Counted from the stretch's first letter, positions 36,465 to 47,472 are shown. The stretch is DNA of 64,000 bases from a bacterium (GCA_963662285.2 CAXXMV010000002.1:1568001-1632000); one strand, 5' to 3'. Notes: a model not told the origin generated them from the letters alone. Numbers and translations are program-made.

Positions 36465-39371
36465 ATGATTCGTGTTCTACACCCCGGATTTTTATTTTTG
36501 CTGCTGTTGATTCCCTTGGTCTGGTATTCAGCCAGGCAAGTGCGTGTTTTAGGTCAGGGACGCAAAGCGCTGACGCTTTTGTTACGGTCTTTGGTTCTGA
36601 TTTTATTTATCATGGCTCTTGCGGAGGTTGAACTGGTCGATAAGGGTGATTCCTTGACCGTGTTATTTGCTATCGACCGTTCTTCCAGCATTCCGAACGA
36701 TGAGCAAATGTTCAGCCTGGCTTATGTGCAAGAGAGATTGATGGAAATCCCCGAAGGCGACAGCGCCGGGATTCTCTTTTTCGGTAAGGAAGCCATGTTA
36801 AAAGAGAATCCTGGAGAGCGGGTGCAACTGGAGGATTATCATGTCCTGCTCAATAAGGAAGGTACGGATATTGAGTCGGCGGTTAATCTAAGCATGGCCG
36901 CTTTTCCAGCAGGGGTTCAGAAGCGTATTGTTCTGATAACCGATGGCAACCAGACCCAGGGTGATGCTGAAGCGGCGGTGCAAAGGGCGAAAGCCAATAA
37001 CATTGATCTGCATGTAATGCCTTTGGAATATGTTTCAGCGCAGGAAGTGTTGATTGAGGAGATTGCGCTTCCCAACCAAATTCAAGAGAAAGAACCATTC
37101 AAGATTAAAGTACTGGTCAATGCGCAGGAAGAAGGTACCGGCGTGTTGCGTCTTATGGAGAATGATAATGTAATCTCTGAAGAAAATGTTCAACTAAGCG
37201 TCGGGAAGAATGCTTTCTGGGCGCCGCGAACTATTGAAAAAGCGGGCGTCTATACATATACAGCTGTTATTGAAGCAGAGAATGACCGGCGTCCATTAAA
37301 CAATCGGGCGCAAAACTTTGCTTTTGTGCAGGGGATGCCCCGTGTGCTGCTATTGGATTCCAAAACCGATGATTCACGTTTTCTAGCATCAGCTTTGATT
37401 GCTGAAGGCATCCAGGTTGACCTGCATACGCCTGAAGCGCTGCCGGGGACATTACGCGAATTACAGATGTATGACAGCGTTATCATTTCTAATGTACATG
37501 CCTCGGAATTTTCTAAATCTCAATTAACCATGCTGGAAACCGGAGTAAGCGACCTGGGCATTGGATTGGTGATGGTCGGCGGCCCGGACAGTTTCGGCGC
37601 CGGTGGATATCAGGGGACTCCGGTAGAACGCGCCTTGCCGGTGGATATGGATATCAAGCAGCGCAAAATCATCCCCAGCGGAGCGCTAGCCATCATAATG
37701 CATTCCTGCGAGATTCCTCAAGGCAACTATTGGACGCAGGAGATTTCTTTGGCGGCGTTGGATTCTTTGTCGAGAAATGATTATATCGGACTGTTAAGAT
37801 ATGGTCCGGGTGGAGAAGGCTGGCTTTTTCCACTGGAACGCGCCGGGAATAAGAATCGGCAGCGCAATGCTATTAAAAGCCTGCCCTTTACCGGTATTGG
37901 AGACATGCCTTCTTTCGCTACGACCATGCAGATGGCTTTGGATGGTTTCAAAGAAATCAGCGCCAATATCAAACACATGATCATTCTATCGGATGGAGAT
38001 CCGGCGTTGCCGTCCCAAGGGCTGATTGATGAGATTGTTGAGAACAAGATAACCATATCGACGGTCTGCGTTGGAACGCACGCGCAGCAGTTTGTGAACG
38101 TAATGAAGGATTTGGCTCAGGCTGGCAAGGGTAAAGCATATAATGTTAAGAGCAACAAGGATCTGCCCCGTATATTTATTAAGGAAGCTATGACGGTTCG
38201 GCGTCACCTGATAGAAGAAGGTTTGTTTACGCCGGCAGTTACGCATATCAGTGAAATCCTGCAAGGTTTGGATAGCGGTTTCCCGGAATTAAGCGGTTAT
38301 GTCATTACTTCGCCCAAATCCGGCGCTGAAACGGTAATGATAACCCATAAGAAAGATCCTCTGCTGGCTCATTGGCGCTATGGATTGGGCAAGACGGTTG
38401 CCTTTACTTCAGACGCCAAGGCTCAATGGGCGGAGCAATGGATTGGTTGGGAAAATTATGCGAAATTCTGGGGTCAGGCGGTGCGGTGGACGCTGCGCTC
38501 TTCGAAGGATGATCAATTCCAGATAAAAACCTCAATCGAAGGCGATCAGGTCAAGTGCGTGGTTGATGCGCTTACCGAAGATGGTGGATTTCTCAATAAT
38601 CTAACGTTTGGATCAACCATGATTGATCCACAATATAAAACGCAAAAATTTGCAATGCGTCAGACTGAACCCGGTCGATATGAAGGATATTTTCCGTCGG
38701 ATAATGCGGGAAGTTATCTGGTAAGCATGACATACGAAGGTCCCGACGATATGGAGGGGACGTTGACCAGTGGAATTTCGATTCCCTATTCACCTGAGCA
38801 TAACAGCATCAAACAGAATGATTTAGTATTGAAGAGGTTGGCCGATGTCAGTGGAAACAGTTTTCTTTCACCTGAAATTAATGTATTTGATCATAACTTA
38901 AAGGTTACCGGAGATATGTTGTCATTATGGCCTTTGCTTTTAAGTTTGGCGGTAATATTCTTTTTCTGTGATATTGCAGTGCGACGGGTATTTTTTGAGT
39001 TGCCTCAATTACAGAGCGCTCTGCTTAAAGCGTGGAACTGGTTTATCTCTCCATTCCGCTTGAAACCTGCTCCAGTAGGTCCAGCGACTGAAGAGATCGG
39101 GCAGTTGATGCAGGCCAAAAACCGAGCCGATGATGATCATGTCTATGCTGAAGAGAAAGAGTCATTTCTGGAGCGGTTGGAATCGGTCAAAGAGAGTGAT
39201 TTAGAGGAACTGGAATCGATTGGCGTTGCGCCAAAAGATAAGCCCATGTGGCAAGAAGCGAAAAATGATGATGACTTGGAAAAATTCGAGGATGAACCGC
39301 AAGATGCTTATACCAACGCTTTATTACGTGCAAAAGATAGAGCCAAGGGCAACATTAAGGACCGGCGCTGA
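36465..39371 (+). CDS. Membrane-anchored VWA-domain + glutamine-amidotransferase-like protein
   Basis: N-terminal BatA-like TM; MIDAS 'AIDRSSSI', 'RIVLITDG'; GATase1-like 'GLVMVGGPDSFGAGGY', second VWA 'MIILSDG', 'PLLAHWRYGLGKTVAFTSD'; C-terminal TM. Confidence 0.85.
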   Translation: MIRVLHPGFLFLLLLIPLVWYSARQVRVLGQGRKALTLLLRSLVLILFIMALAEVELVDKGDSLTVLFAIDRSSSIPNDEQMFSLAYVQERLMEIPEGDSAGILFFGKEAMLKENPGERVQLEDYHVLLNKEGTDIESAVNLSMAAFPAGVQKRIVLITDGNQTQGDAEAAVQRAKANNIDLHVMPLEYVSAQEVLIEEIALPNQIQEKEPFKIKVLVNAQEEGTGVLRLMENDNVISEENVQLSVGKNAFWAPRTIEKAGVYTYTAVIEAENDRRPLNNRAQNFAFVQGMPRVLLLDSKTDDSRFLASALIAEGIQVDLHTPEALPGTLRELQMYDSVIISNVHASEFSKSQLTMLETGVSDLGIGLVMVGGPDSFGAGGYQGTPVERALPVDMDIKQRKIIPSGALAIIMHSCEIPQGNYWTQEISLAALDSLSRNDYIGLLRYGPGGEGWLFPLERAGNKNRQRNAIKSLPFTGIGDMPSFATTMQMALDGFKEISANIKHMIILSDGDPALPSQGLIDEIVENKITISTVCVGTHAQQFVNVMKDLAQAGKGKAYNVKSNKDLPRIFIKEAMTVRRHLIEEGLFTPAVTHISEILQGLDSGFPELSGYVITSPKSGAETVMITHKKDPLLAHWRYGLGKTVAFTSDAKAQWAEQWIGWENYAKFWGQAVRWTLRSSKDDQFQIKTSIEGDQVKCVVDALTEDGGFLNNLTFGSTMIDPQYKTQKFAMRQTEPGRYEGYFPSDNAGSYLVSMTYEGPDDMEGTLTSGISIPYSPEHNSIKQNDLVLKRLADVSGNSFLSPEINVFDHNLKVTGDMLSLWPLLLSLAVIFFFCDIAVRRVFFELPQLQSALLKAWNWFISPFRLKPAPVGPATEEIGQLMQAKNRADDDHVYAEEKESFLERLESVKESDLEELESIGVAPKDKPMWQEAKNDDDLEKFEDEPQDAYTNALLRAKDRAKGNIKDRR

Positions 39372-39372
39372 G

Positions 39373-40179
39373 GTGGTCTGGTTTCCACGATATTTTTTGG
39401 ACAGAAGATATCTTGGAATGTCTGTTTTAATGATGGCGTTTTTGCTGGTTATATCATGCGGCGGTTCCACGCAGAAGAATGGTGAACCAATTACCTTGGA
39501 TCACGATCCACCTGCTTTGAGCGTCGGGCATGCGTTTTATTACCAGCACACCGGACCCAGGCCTTGGAGCAATGGCTTGCAGGATGCCAGTGGAGGGCGT
39601 CTGGTGGTTGTACCTGAGCAGGATGCCAGTCAGGCCAAGTCGCTGATTAAATATGAAGAACACTTTGAGAATTCTATAGGATCTCAGGTTGGATACATTG
39701 ATAAGAAATACCGGCTTCATCAGCAAGATATTGAGTCTGGCGATCTGGCCTTGAAATTTATTTATTCTCCTGCTTTAGAATTGCGTTATCTTTCTTTGAA
39801 GAAGGATGAAACAAAGACTTATAAATCCAGTTTTGTTTTACACGCGTCCGGACACGAAGCGCCGCAGGGCGGCGGCAGTATTGTTGCTAATGTAGAGCGT
39901 GATTATGACGTCCGCATCATTTCTCCTGCAGGGGCTTATCTGTGTCGGCAATTTAAGTCGGATGTATGCATCGAGACAACGGTTCAGGATGTCAAGACAG
40001 TTTTTAAGGCCAAAATAATATCATATTGGTGTGATAATATCGGGTGGTTTGTGCAGGAAGAATACGCTTTTGAACCGATGCAGCGAAATGGTGAAGCGGT
40101 GCAACCAGCCTATCGGGCTGAAAGCATTTTGTCGAAATATAAGCCGATGGATCCCAACAGTCTTAGACCAGTAGAATAA
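39373..40179 (+). CDS. Hypothetical lipoprotein
   Basis: Lipobox-like 'FLLVIS-C'; likely start GTG 39373 directly after the upstream stop (the ORF-track start 39220 overlaps the VWA gene). Confidence 0.65.
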   Translation: MVWFPRYFLDRRYLGMSVLMMAFLLVISCGGSTQKNGEPITLDHDPPALSVGHAFYYQHTGPRPWSNGLQDASGGRLVVVPEQDASQAKSLIKYEEHFENSIGSQVGYIDKKYRLHQQDIESGDLALKFIYSPALELRYLSLKKDETKTYKSSFVLHASGHEAPQGGGSIVANVERDYDVRIISPAGAYLCRQFKSDVCIETTVQDVKTVFKAKIISYWCDNIGWFVQEEYAFEPMQRNGEAVQPAYRAESILSKYKPMDPNSLRPVE

Positions 40180-40202
40180 GAAAGCGGATTTATCGTTATG
40201 TA

Positions 40203-40233
40203 AGAAGGAGCAAGTTAACCACCTGCTCCTTCT
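40203..40233. terminator. Stem-loop between convergent genes
   Basis: AGAAGGAGCA ... TGCTCCTTCT. Confidence 0.6.
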
Positions 40234-40279
40234 GTGATTTATGAATTTCTAATTAGATTGCTCGGCGGTTGTATTATTA

Positions 40280-40585
40280 TTACCCGGCTTTTGATGCGTC
40301 CCAATCCGAACCATGAGTAACGTCATCTTTGGAGTTTCGCCTTTTATCCTCGTCAAATTCAAAATTGGCGTTTTTCTCGATATATTCCTTTTGATCATCG
40401 GGGACTTCATCTTCAGGGAATATAGCGTCTACCGGGCATACCGGAGCGCACGCATCGCAATCAATGCATTCATCCGGATTAATGTATAACATGTCGTCGC
40501 CTTCGTAAAAACATTCAACAGGACAGACTTCTGCGCAATCGCCATACTTGCAGTTTACGCAAGATTCGGTAACAACATAGGTCAT
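40280..40585 (-). CDS. fdxA: Ferredoxin (FdxA-type, 3Fe-4S/4Fe-4S)
   Basis: '[26 protein letters not shown]...[21 protein letters not shown]'. Confidence 0.9.
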   Translation of the reverse strand: MTYVVTESCVNCKYGDCAEVCPVECFYEGDDMLYINPDECIDCDACAPVCPVDAIFPEDEVPDDQKEYIEKNANFEFDEDKRRNSKDDVTHGSDWDASKAG

Positions 40586-40880
40586 TTTATTTCTCCTTTA
40601 TACTTATACATCTGTTACAACATCAGTACATCTGTTACAACATCCAGGTTTAGTGATATCAAATCAGATTATTGCTTTGATAGATATGGTTATACATTTT
40701 CTTTATAAATAATGCAACCCCGTAAATAAAAAACATTCCTGCTATTCTTGAAATATAAATCTGCAAAGAATGAATTATCAGTAAAAAATTGAATATCTTA
40801 CTGCATGAAATGCATGGAATAAGCCCCGGAAATACAGGGGCTTATCTTGTTTTGCATTAATTATGATAGAGTTGTTTTTC

Positions 40881-41807
40881 TTAATGAATCTCCCAATTCA
40901 TGACGTCAGTCGGGATGGCGAAAGTGGCTGTGGTCCATCTGGCATCGGTGTCGCCGTCGCCTACCCACATCATTTGAGAGTCATAACCTCCCGCTGCTAG
41001 ATCTGTATCGATGCACAAATGGGTAAAACTCATTGAACTTCCTGCAAGAGGCGTGGGAAGCATGGGATTCCAGCCTAATTGATCCATAAGGTCATAATCA
41101 ATTTCAGCCGGCAGAGGATCTGGATCGCTGTAATACTTGCTTCTTTCAATCGAATCCCAGCTGATTTTGGCTTCGATGGTGTATTTACCTTCTTCTACTA
41201 TTACTACGACTTCCCATGCTTCGTTTACTTCTCCACGAACTACGGTTCCATCTTCGAGAGTTTTATCGGCTACATCAGAACGATTGCCCAGCCGGGTTCC
41301 GACGCACCATCTTCTGGTTGTTTCAACGGTTTGGTCTTCCGTTGCGCCAATGGCGATGATCATTTCGCCGGGCAGCCACTGGTTGTCGGCTTCATAATCC
41401 TGGAAAAAGTCGGGGTATAGTAAAATTTCCTGCTCAGGATTATTGGTGAAATCGATGAACCACTGCACTCCATCTCGTTCCCACCATTGGGCTGGTATTG
41501 TACTATCGACGTGGGAGATCACGTCATCTTCCACTACGGCGGCGCAGTACAGGGCTTCATCGTTGTACATCATGGCGAATGTGCAGACCGTGTCGGGATC
41601 ATTCCAGTTTGTACCGAAGGTATCCACAACGCTGTCTTTATCATAGGTTACCCATTCGGCATTGTTCCAGTCGCCGACATCGCCGTCAATGGCGGGGCCG
41701 CCGGTGAATTGAATGGTGTATTGGGGAGCGTCAGGATTTTGCGCCCAAACTGACATTCCACAGATAACCGCTAAAAACAATACTGACAACTGCAAAAATT
41801 TTTTCAC
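40881..41807 (-). CDS. Secreted CBM9/DOMON-like sugar-binding protein with C-terminal TDVMNWEIH tail
   Basis: 'PAIDGDVGDW', 'YNDEALYCAAVVEDD', 'WERDGVQWFID', 'YTIEAKISW'. Start GTG 41807 after AAGGAG. Confidence 0.75.
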   Translation of the reverse strand: MKKFLQLSVLFLAVICGMSVWAQNPDAPQYTIQFTGGPAIDGDVGDWNNAEWVTYDKDSVVDTFGTNWNDPDTVCTFAMMYNDEALYCAAVVEDDVISHVDSTIPAQWWERDGVQWFIDFTNNPEQEILLYPDFFQDYEADNQWLPGEMIIAIGATEDQTVETTRRWCVGTRLGNRSDVADKTLEDGTVVRGEVNEAWEVVVIVEEGKYTIEAKISWDSIERSKYYSDPDPLPAEIDYDLMDQLGWNPMLPTPLAGSSMSFTHLCIDTDLAAGGYDSQMMWVGDGDTDARWTTATFAIPTDVMNWEIH

Positions 41808-41951
41808 ATTTAATCTCCTTGTTTTTTCTTTAATAAATGATTGTATTACCAGAATTAGACGGATGATTCGCTTAATCCATAAATACAAATATATCGTAAA
41901 CTAGGATTTATACAATGATTATTTTTTCAAGTTCAGATATGTTTCAATAGA

Positions 41952-43187
41952 TTATTTCTTCCATTGGTCTGCGCCGATGTCAATCTGCTGATCACGCGCC
42001 TGTTGGTCGATATCGTTTTTTATGGAGGGCAGAGACATCCCCTGATCGATGATTTTGGCGGATGGTTTTGTAAGATGAAGATCGCCTTTTTGAACGTCCA
42101 CGAACAACTGGCTGAAATCTCCGATCAAATTATGTTCTAAACGAATGGCCTGGTCTGTTTCAATCGACATGCCTGGTCCGCTGAGAAGATTGTTGGCGAC
42201 CAGCAAGCCCTGGTTATCGTGAATGATACGCAACAAGCGGTTCATGCGGTTATCAGGATCGAAAATGGTGTTATTGATAATCTGGCAATCCTTGGTGTGA
42301 TCGGCCAGGATGCCAGATTCCGGGGTGCGGGTTACAAAGTTATTGCGTACAATCATGTTGGTTCCATGAATGGAACTTTGGTTGGGGCCGATGCCGCTGG
42401 AGTTGCCCAGGGCGATGCCGACGTCGCAGTCGATGATGGTGTTGCGTTCGATGATGCAGTCTTCGGCGTGATGCCACATGAAGACGCAGCCGCGTCCTTC
42501 ACGGGTCCGGCCTTGGATGTTCATGAAAACATTGTCGCTGATAAGCCAGTTTTTGGCGTACATGGCGTCAATTCCGCCGATGTAGTTGCCATTGAAGGTC
42601 TTGGGCGTATCGGTTTCGTCGTTGCTGAACTGTTTGGGGTGATCGTTATAAAAGAGGCAGTGTTGTATGCGGATGTTTTTAGGCCGTATTTCTTCACGGT
42701 TCTCTTTTGGGATGCGGACTGATTTAACGCCGCGCTGCCAGATATTATGGATTACGCAATTATAGATAGTGAGGTTCTGGACGTTGTGATCCGAGTTGAT
42801 TTTGAATCCATTCCATTTGATGTTTTGAATGGTTATATCCGCCACGGTAACGCCTGAGCATGATCGGAAGCCTACTAATTCGCCATGAATGCTTTTTGAT
42901 CCATCGAGAATTACTGCTTTGCGGTCGCCGGATGCGCTGCGCAGGCTGACGTTATCGGCGCCAATCTCCAGATAGCGCGGCATGTAGTAGGTTCCATCTT
43001 CTAGCAGAATAGTCTGGTTTGGTTTAACTTTTTCAACTGCTGAGAACAATTGCTCTACGTTTGAGGCGTGGATGATGTTGGTTGTTGGAAGGGGTAGAGG
43101 AGGCGCTGAGGGCGGCCAGGGCTGGGCGACCGCCTCTAAAGATGCGAGTGAAAATATTAGAGTAATAATGTAGAGATTGGTTTTCAT
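41952..43187 (-). CDS. Secreted right-handed parallel beta-helix (pectate-lyase-like fold) protein
   Basis: Signal peptide; 'TILLEDGTY'; repeated 'IxNCxI/IxxNxF' strands; 'IDQG...DID...DIGAD' ending. Confidence 0.8.
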   Translation of the reverse strand: MKTNLYIITLIFSLASLEAVAQPWPPSAPPLPLPTTNIIHASNVEQLFSAVEKVKPNQTILLEDGTYYMPRYLEIGADNVSLRSASGDRKAVILDGSKSIHGELVGFRSCSGVTVADITIQNIKWNGFKINSDHNVQNLTIYNCVIHNIWQRGVKSVRIPKENREEIRPKNIRIQHCLFYNDHPKQFSNDETDTPKTFNGNYIGGIDAMYAKNWLISDNVFMNIQGRTREGRGCVFMWHHAEDCIIERNTIIDCDVGIALGNSSGIGPNQSSIHGTNMIVRNNFVTRTPESGILADHTKDCQIINNTIFDPDNRMNRLLRIIHDNQGLLVANNLLSGPGMSIETDQAIRLEHNLIGDFSQLFVDVQKGDLHLTKPSAKIIDQGMSLPSIKNDIDQQARDQQIDIGADQWKK

Positions 43188-43391
43188 TATTTTTGATCCT
43201 TACATTGTTATGATTGAATATGATTATAGCATAAACTGATGGGACACGCTTTCGCTTTGTCCCATCCTACGCGCTGTAACTGTAACAAAATACCTTATGG
43301 GGTGACTTGATATCAAGTGATTGGAAATATATGAAGTGAACTCAATCAAGGGCAATGTCATTAACTTAAGTTATTGAAATGACCCCAAAAA

Positions 43392-43730
43392 GGGGAGCAT
43401 CGGCTTCTAGCCGGTACGCCAATACCTTCGGTTCTCTTCATACAAACATGAATTCATGACAACAGCCAACATTTCGTTTGGCATAATAATATCATGGCTT
43501 CTGAATGTAATGAAAAAGGTTTGGCCAGTATCATGTATGTGAGGAAGGATTCTACGAGACATTTTGAATGGGTTGACAGGTTTATAGGTTTCTTTGACAC
43601 ACCGGCTAGAAGCCGATGCTCCCCTGGATCGGTTATTCATTTTTCATCCCCCTCTCTGCATGAAAATTTTTATGCGCGATGGGGTTCATTCTATCTTATT
43701 TGACACACCGGCTAGAAGCCGGTGCTCCCC
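43392..43730 (-). mobile_element. Truncated REP-associated tyrosine transposase (RAYT-like) remnant with three flanking REP copies
   Basis: Peptide 'RRILPHIHDTGQTFFITFRS...VVMNSCLYEENRRY' resembles RAYT N-termini; REP ACCGGCTAGAAGCCGRTGCTCCCC at 43601-24 and 43707-30, inverted at 43392-415. Confidence 0.65.
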
Positions 43731-43940
43731 GTTTCATTCTCCTCTCCTGATTTGTGTACGGAGAGTAGCCCGGCGGGCGAGGGGACAGCTGGTTAACTTA
43801 ATGACATTGTTTTATGACTCCCCCCCCAGGATGGGGGGGAGAATTTGATTATCGTGATTTTGATGATCGCTATAGCAATTGATTGCGCTGATATAACTGG
43901 TATGTTAAAGGACGCGAATATCTTAGGGAGAACAATCATC

Positions 43941-46900
43941 ATGGGTAGATTATTGTTGGCTTTCTTGTGTCTGTTTTGTGCTTTTTCGGGAACTGCTTCG
44001 GGGGTAGTGTTTGAGGATCGATGTCAGTCTGTTGATAATTGGACATTTATCGATTATTCGGGGCAACTGCAAGTTGATATTGTCGATGATTTAAGTTGTC
44101 CGCCGGGCTATGGTCCGCAGGTTATGAATATTCATGGCGATGTGGCTATGGGCTTGGCTGAGGCGCCGCCTTTGCGGGAAGGTACTTTTATCGTTTTGTA
44201 TAAAGAGAATGCTCCCGCTGTGGAAGACGCTGATGGCGTGGTCATGGTATGGGCGCAATATGATAAGGATACCTCGGCGGAGCATAACACCAAAATCAAG
44301 CGGCCCCATGTATGGCTGGAACAGGATAATGACCTGGGTTTCCAATTCCGGGTAATAGACGCTGAGGGCAAGGAATATCCCGCTGAAGAACGGGTCGGCG
44401 TCGGGCTGGTTACTGATTCGTGGAATCAGACCAATTGGATCTGGCAAAAGGTGCAGATCAAAGGCAACCGGTTAAAAGCCAAATTCTGGCCTGCGGAAAA
44501 AGATGAACCCGATTCGTGGGCTATTGAGACTAACTATGATGCTAAGGGCGACCGCTTTGGCTTGCGGATTAACTCTGGATCGATCCGTGTGGCTTATTTT
44601 GCAGCGGACGTGAAGGATATCCATCCCCAGACGCCGCCCGCCTATCTTTTTTCTGAACGGGAACGCCTTGTTGATCCAGATTACTTAAGATTGAAATTAT
44701 TTACTAATGCTCAAAAACAGAGCCGGGAAAAATTTGATCTAGTATTTTCTTGTGATAACAAGGTAATTAGTAAAGCGGATATCACTTTGGATATTCTCAA
44801 GGGACATAATGAAACTTCCATTAACTTGGAGACCGATGCTCCTATATCTAATATATTAAAAGCGGATGAAAACGTATATATTTCAGAAATACCATCCAGC
44901 GGATTATGCAAAGTATCGTTAACGAATCCTACCGGCAATTATTTCTCGCAATGCTCATTTGAAATCGTTTCTCAATCAAAATTGATGGATCAATTCGGCG
45001 GCGCATGGAAATTTCTGAATCGGCTTGATGGCGCCATCCATGACTTGGATAAAGACACTGAGTGCTATAAATCCCTGCGGGTTATCAAAGACGCCGCCGC
45101 CGCGCATCTTGAACAGACCCGTACATTGTTGAGAGAGGGGAAGACCTCTGAGTCAGAAACCTCTTTCCGCTTCGTTATCGAAGCCTTGGCTGAATTGCGC
45201 GGATACAAGAGCGCCTGGCTTAAGGAACTGGGATTGACTTTGGATTTGGATTTTGTTCCAGAGGTTTTTGAGGATAAGCAGGGAATCGTCGAACCCAAGC
45301 ATGGCGTGGTTGATTTCTATTCGCCCAATTACCAAATCTCGTTTGATAATCCAACATCACAAGCCAAAAGTTTGGTGATGGGGCGCTCCTATGAGATTGA
45401 GATTCCCTGGAGCGTGACGGGCGGCGCTATCGACCGCGATTTTAGTTTCGATGTACGCCTGGTCAGCCCATTGGGAAACCGGGTTGTAGCGCAATCGAAG
45501 GCCGCCCCGAAGGTTCCCACCAGTCGATGGAAGCCGGGCGAGGTTTATAAACAGCGCATTACCTTGAATGTATTGGCGGAAGACGCGGTTAAACGGCCTG
45601 CGGAACCAGTAGTGCTTGATGAACTACATAACTTGTTGGTGACGGTGACTGATCCCAAAACGGGAGCGCGGGTTTTATTGGGCAACCAACCCGGCGATCA
45701 AATTGACCGGGTGGGAACCAGTTTTCTGGTTGATAGGTTTTATGTATCCAGCAGTCTATTGGAAATCGGCGCTTTTGAACCGGATGCCGCCGATATTGAG
45801 GTGAATAAGGAGCGGCGCGTTATTGCGACTTTACGTAATTTTGGAGATGAAACCGCTTTGGTTGATGCGGTCTTAACCGTTGCAACCGAGTCTGGCCGGG
45901 TGGTATTCCAAAAAGCGCAGTCGGTTAGCATTGCCGCCAATGCGAAGCACAAGGTTAAATACTATTGGTCAAGCAAGACGGCGGGCAACCTTACCATTAC
46001 TCTTCGGCTGATGCGTGATGGTATCACCCTGACTGAAGCCTCGCGGGAATTGATGGTCAGTCCACCATCAGGTCAGGATGTTGAGGTTATAAAACAGAAC
46101 CATGTGGAACAACGCTTGGGGCGGTTTGTTACTTCTATCATGGTTAACATGCAGAATGGTAAGAATCCAGTTACGGTTCGGGTGTATGCCGATAATCGGT
46201 TGGTGGGAGAGAAGACCGGATCGACCGATGAAATTGTGGTTGATGCCGAACCGTGGTTTGGTTATTACGATATTGTGGTTGATTGCGGCGCCTATTGTTT
46301 CGAGAAGCGCGTGGTGGCCACCGTGGTTGAGACCAAGGGTAAGTATCTGCTGGTCAATGGAGAACCGTTTATAGTAAAGGGCGTCAATGTGCATGGCCTG
46401 GATTCAGGCAGCCCGGAACGCACCGCCAGCATGATGAGGGTCATGCGCGAGTTGGGCTTCAACGCCTGGCGGGGCGATTATCCCGCACGCTGGCAGATGG
46501 AGTTGGCCTATGAACTTGGCAGCGTCTATACCGTGCTGGCGCCATTCAGCTGCGCCCGGACTCCAGAAATTTTTGGAGCTCAGATTGGACCGCCCTTAGG
46601 GACGGCGCGGGAACTGACCCGCTTGTTTATTGAGCGCTACAAGGATTCTGCTGGAGTATTGTTGTGGAATTCATGCAACGAAATCCAGGGCGAGAATATT
46701 GATTTTCTATTGTCGCTCTATCCGCTCTATAAAGCCTATGATCCGTATCAGCGCCCGGTGCATTACGCCAATCTTTACGGCCAGGATTTGTGGCAGGGTC
46801 AGGATGCAATGGGAGTCAATTACTATTTCGGCGAGGGACAAACAGCTGTGGATCGTCAGATATTGATTCAGCGCAGCCTTGATCTGGCGGTGTCTCATGA

Positions 46901-47408
46901 TATTCCTGCCATCTTCTGTGAATATAACAGTTACCAGGGCGCCATTCATTCAACCGGAGTGGAAGCCATGGAAGGCCTCTTCTCATGGGGAGTGGAGCAG
47001 GCTGGCATGTCGGGCGGCTTCTTATACATGCGCCCCAATAGCACCTCCCACCCCGGAGTTATGGATGGTTCATTCAATACCCATAAGATTTTTGATGAAG
47101 CCATAATTAAAGCTTTCGCTGATGCCGAGATTGCCCTCTTATCTACATCTGGCAGCGGTTATCAGGCACGGATTAAGAATAAACGCGATTGCACCCTGCG
47201 TCAGCTAACGATTAACTACTCTGTTAATAATGTCGCGTGTGATCAGGTTGTTCTGGATGATCTGGCGGCTAAGGGATCGGTGGATTTAACCTTGCCGATG
47301 CCATCCGATGTTGGCAGGCCGGATTTCATTATCACCGGGACTTTGGAATTTGTTACGCATTATGGGTTTAGGAATAAGGTTCCATTTAAGATGGTGGCAT
47401 CTGACTAG
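43941..47408 (+). CDS. Large secreted multidomain glycoside hydrolase (C-terminal GH2-like clan-A TIM barrel)
   Basis: 'LLVNGEPFIVKGVNVH', 'MRELGFNAWR', acid/base 'WNSCNE', 'DPYQRPV', nucleophile 'FCEY'. Start ATG 43941 gives a signal peptide. Confidence 0.75.
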   Translation: MGRLLLAFLCLFCAFSGTASGVVFEDRCQSVDNWTFIDYSGQLQVDIVDDLSCPPGYGPQVMNIHGDVAMGLAEAPPLREGTFIVLYKENAPAVEDADGVVMVWAQYDKDTSAEHNTKIKRPHVWLEQDNDLGFQFRVIDAEGKEYPAEERVGVGLVTDSWNQTNWIWQKVQIKGNRLKAKFWPAEKDEPDSWAIETNYDAKGDRFGLRINSGSIRVAYFAADVKDIHPQTPPAYLFSERERLVDPDYLRLKLFTNAQKQSREKFDLVFSCDNKVISKADITLDILKGHNETSINLETDAPISNILKADENVYISEIPSSGLCKVSLTNPTGNYFSQCSFEIVSQSKLMDQFGGAWKFLNRLDGAIHDLDKDTECYKSLRVIKDAAAAHLEQTRTLLREGKTSESETSFRFVIEALAELRGYKSAWLKELGLTLDLDFVPEVFEDKQGIVEPKHGVVDFYSPNYQISFDNPTSQAKSLVMGRSYEIEIPWSVTGGAIDRDFSFDVRLVSPLGNRVVAQSKAAPKVPTSRWKPGEVYKQRITLNVLAEDAVKRPAEPVVLDELHNLLVTVTDPKTGARVLLGNQPGDQIDRVGTSFLVDRFYVSSSLLEIGAFEPDAADIEVNKERRVIATLRNFGDETALVDAVLTVATESGRVVFQKAQSVSIAANAKHKVKYYWSSKTAGNLTITLRLMRDGITLTEASRELMVSPPSGQDVEVIKQNHVEQRLGRFVTSIMVNMQNGKNPVTVRVYADNRLVGEKTGSTDEIVVDAEPWFGYYDIVVDCGAYCFEKRVVATVVETKGKYLLVNGEPFIVKGVNVHGLDSGSPERTASMMRVMRELGFNAWRGDYPARWQMELAYELGSVYTVLAPFSCARTPEIFGAQIGPPLGTARELTRLFIERYKDSAGVLLWNSCNEIQGENIDFLLSLYPLYKAYDPYQRPVHYANLYGQDLWQGQDAMGVNYYFGEGQTAVDRQILIQRSLDLAVSHDIPAIFCEYNSYQGAIHSTGVEAMEGLFSWGVEQAGMSGGFLYMRPNSTSHPGVMDGSFNTHKIFDEAIIKAFADAEIALLSTSGSGYQARIKNKRDCTLRQLTINYSVNNVACDQVVLDDLAAKGSVDLTLPMPSDVGRPDFIITGTLEFVTHYGFRNKVPFKMVASD

Positions 47409-47472
47409 GGTGGTTGTTATCAACCCTCACCCGCTGTTTTTCGGATTATGGAAATAAAGAAGTGAAATCAAT

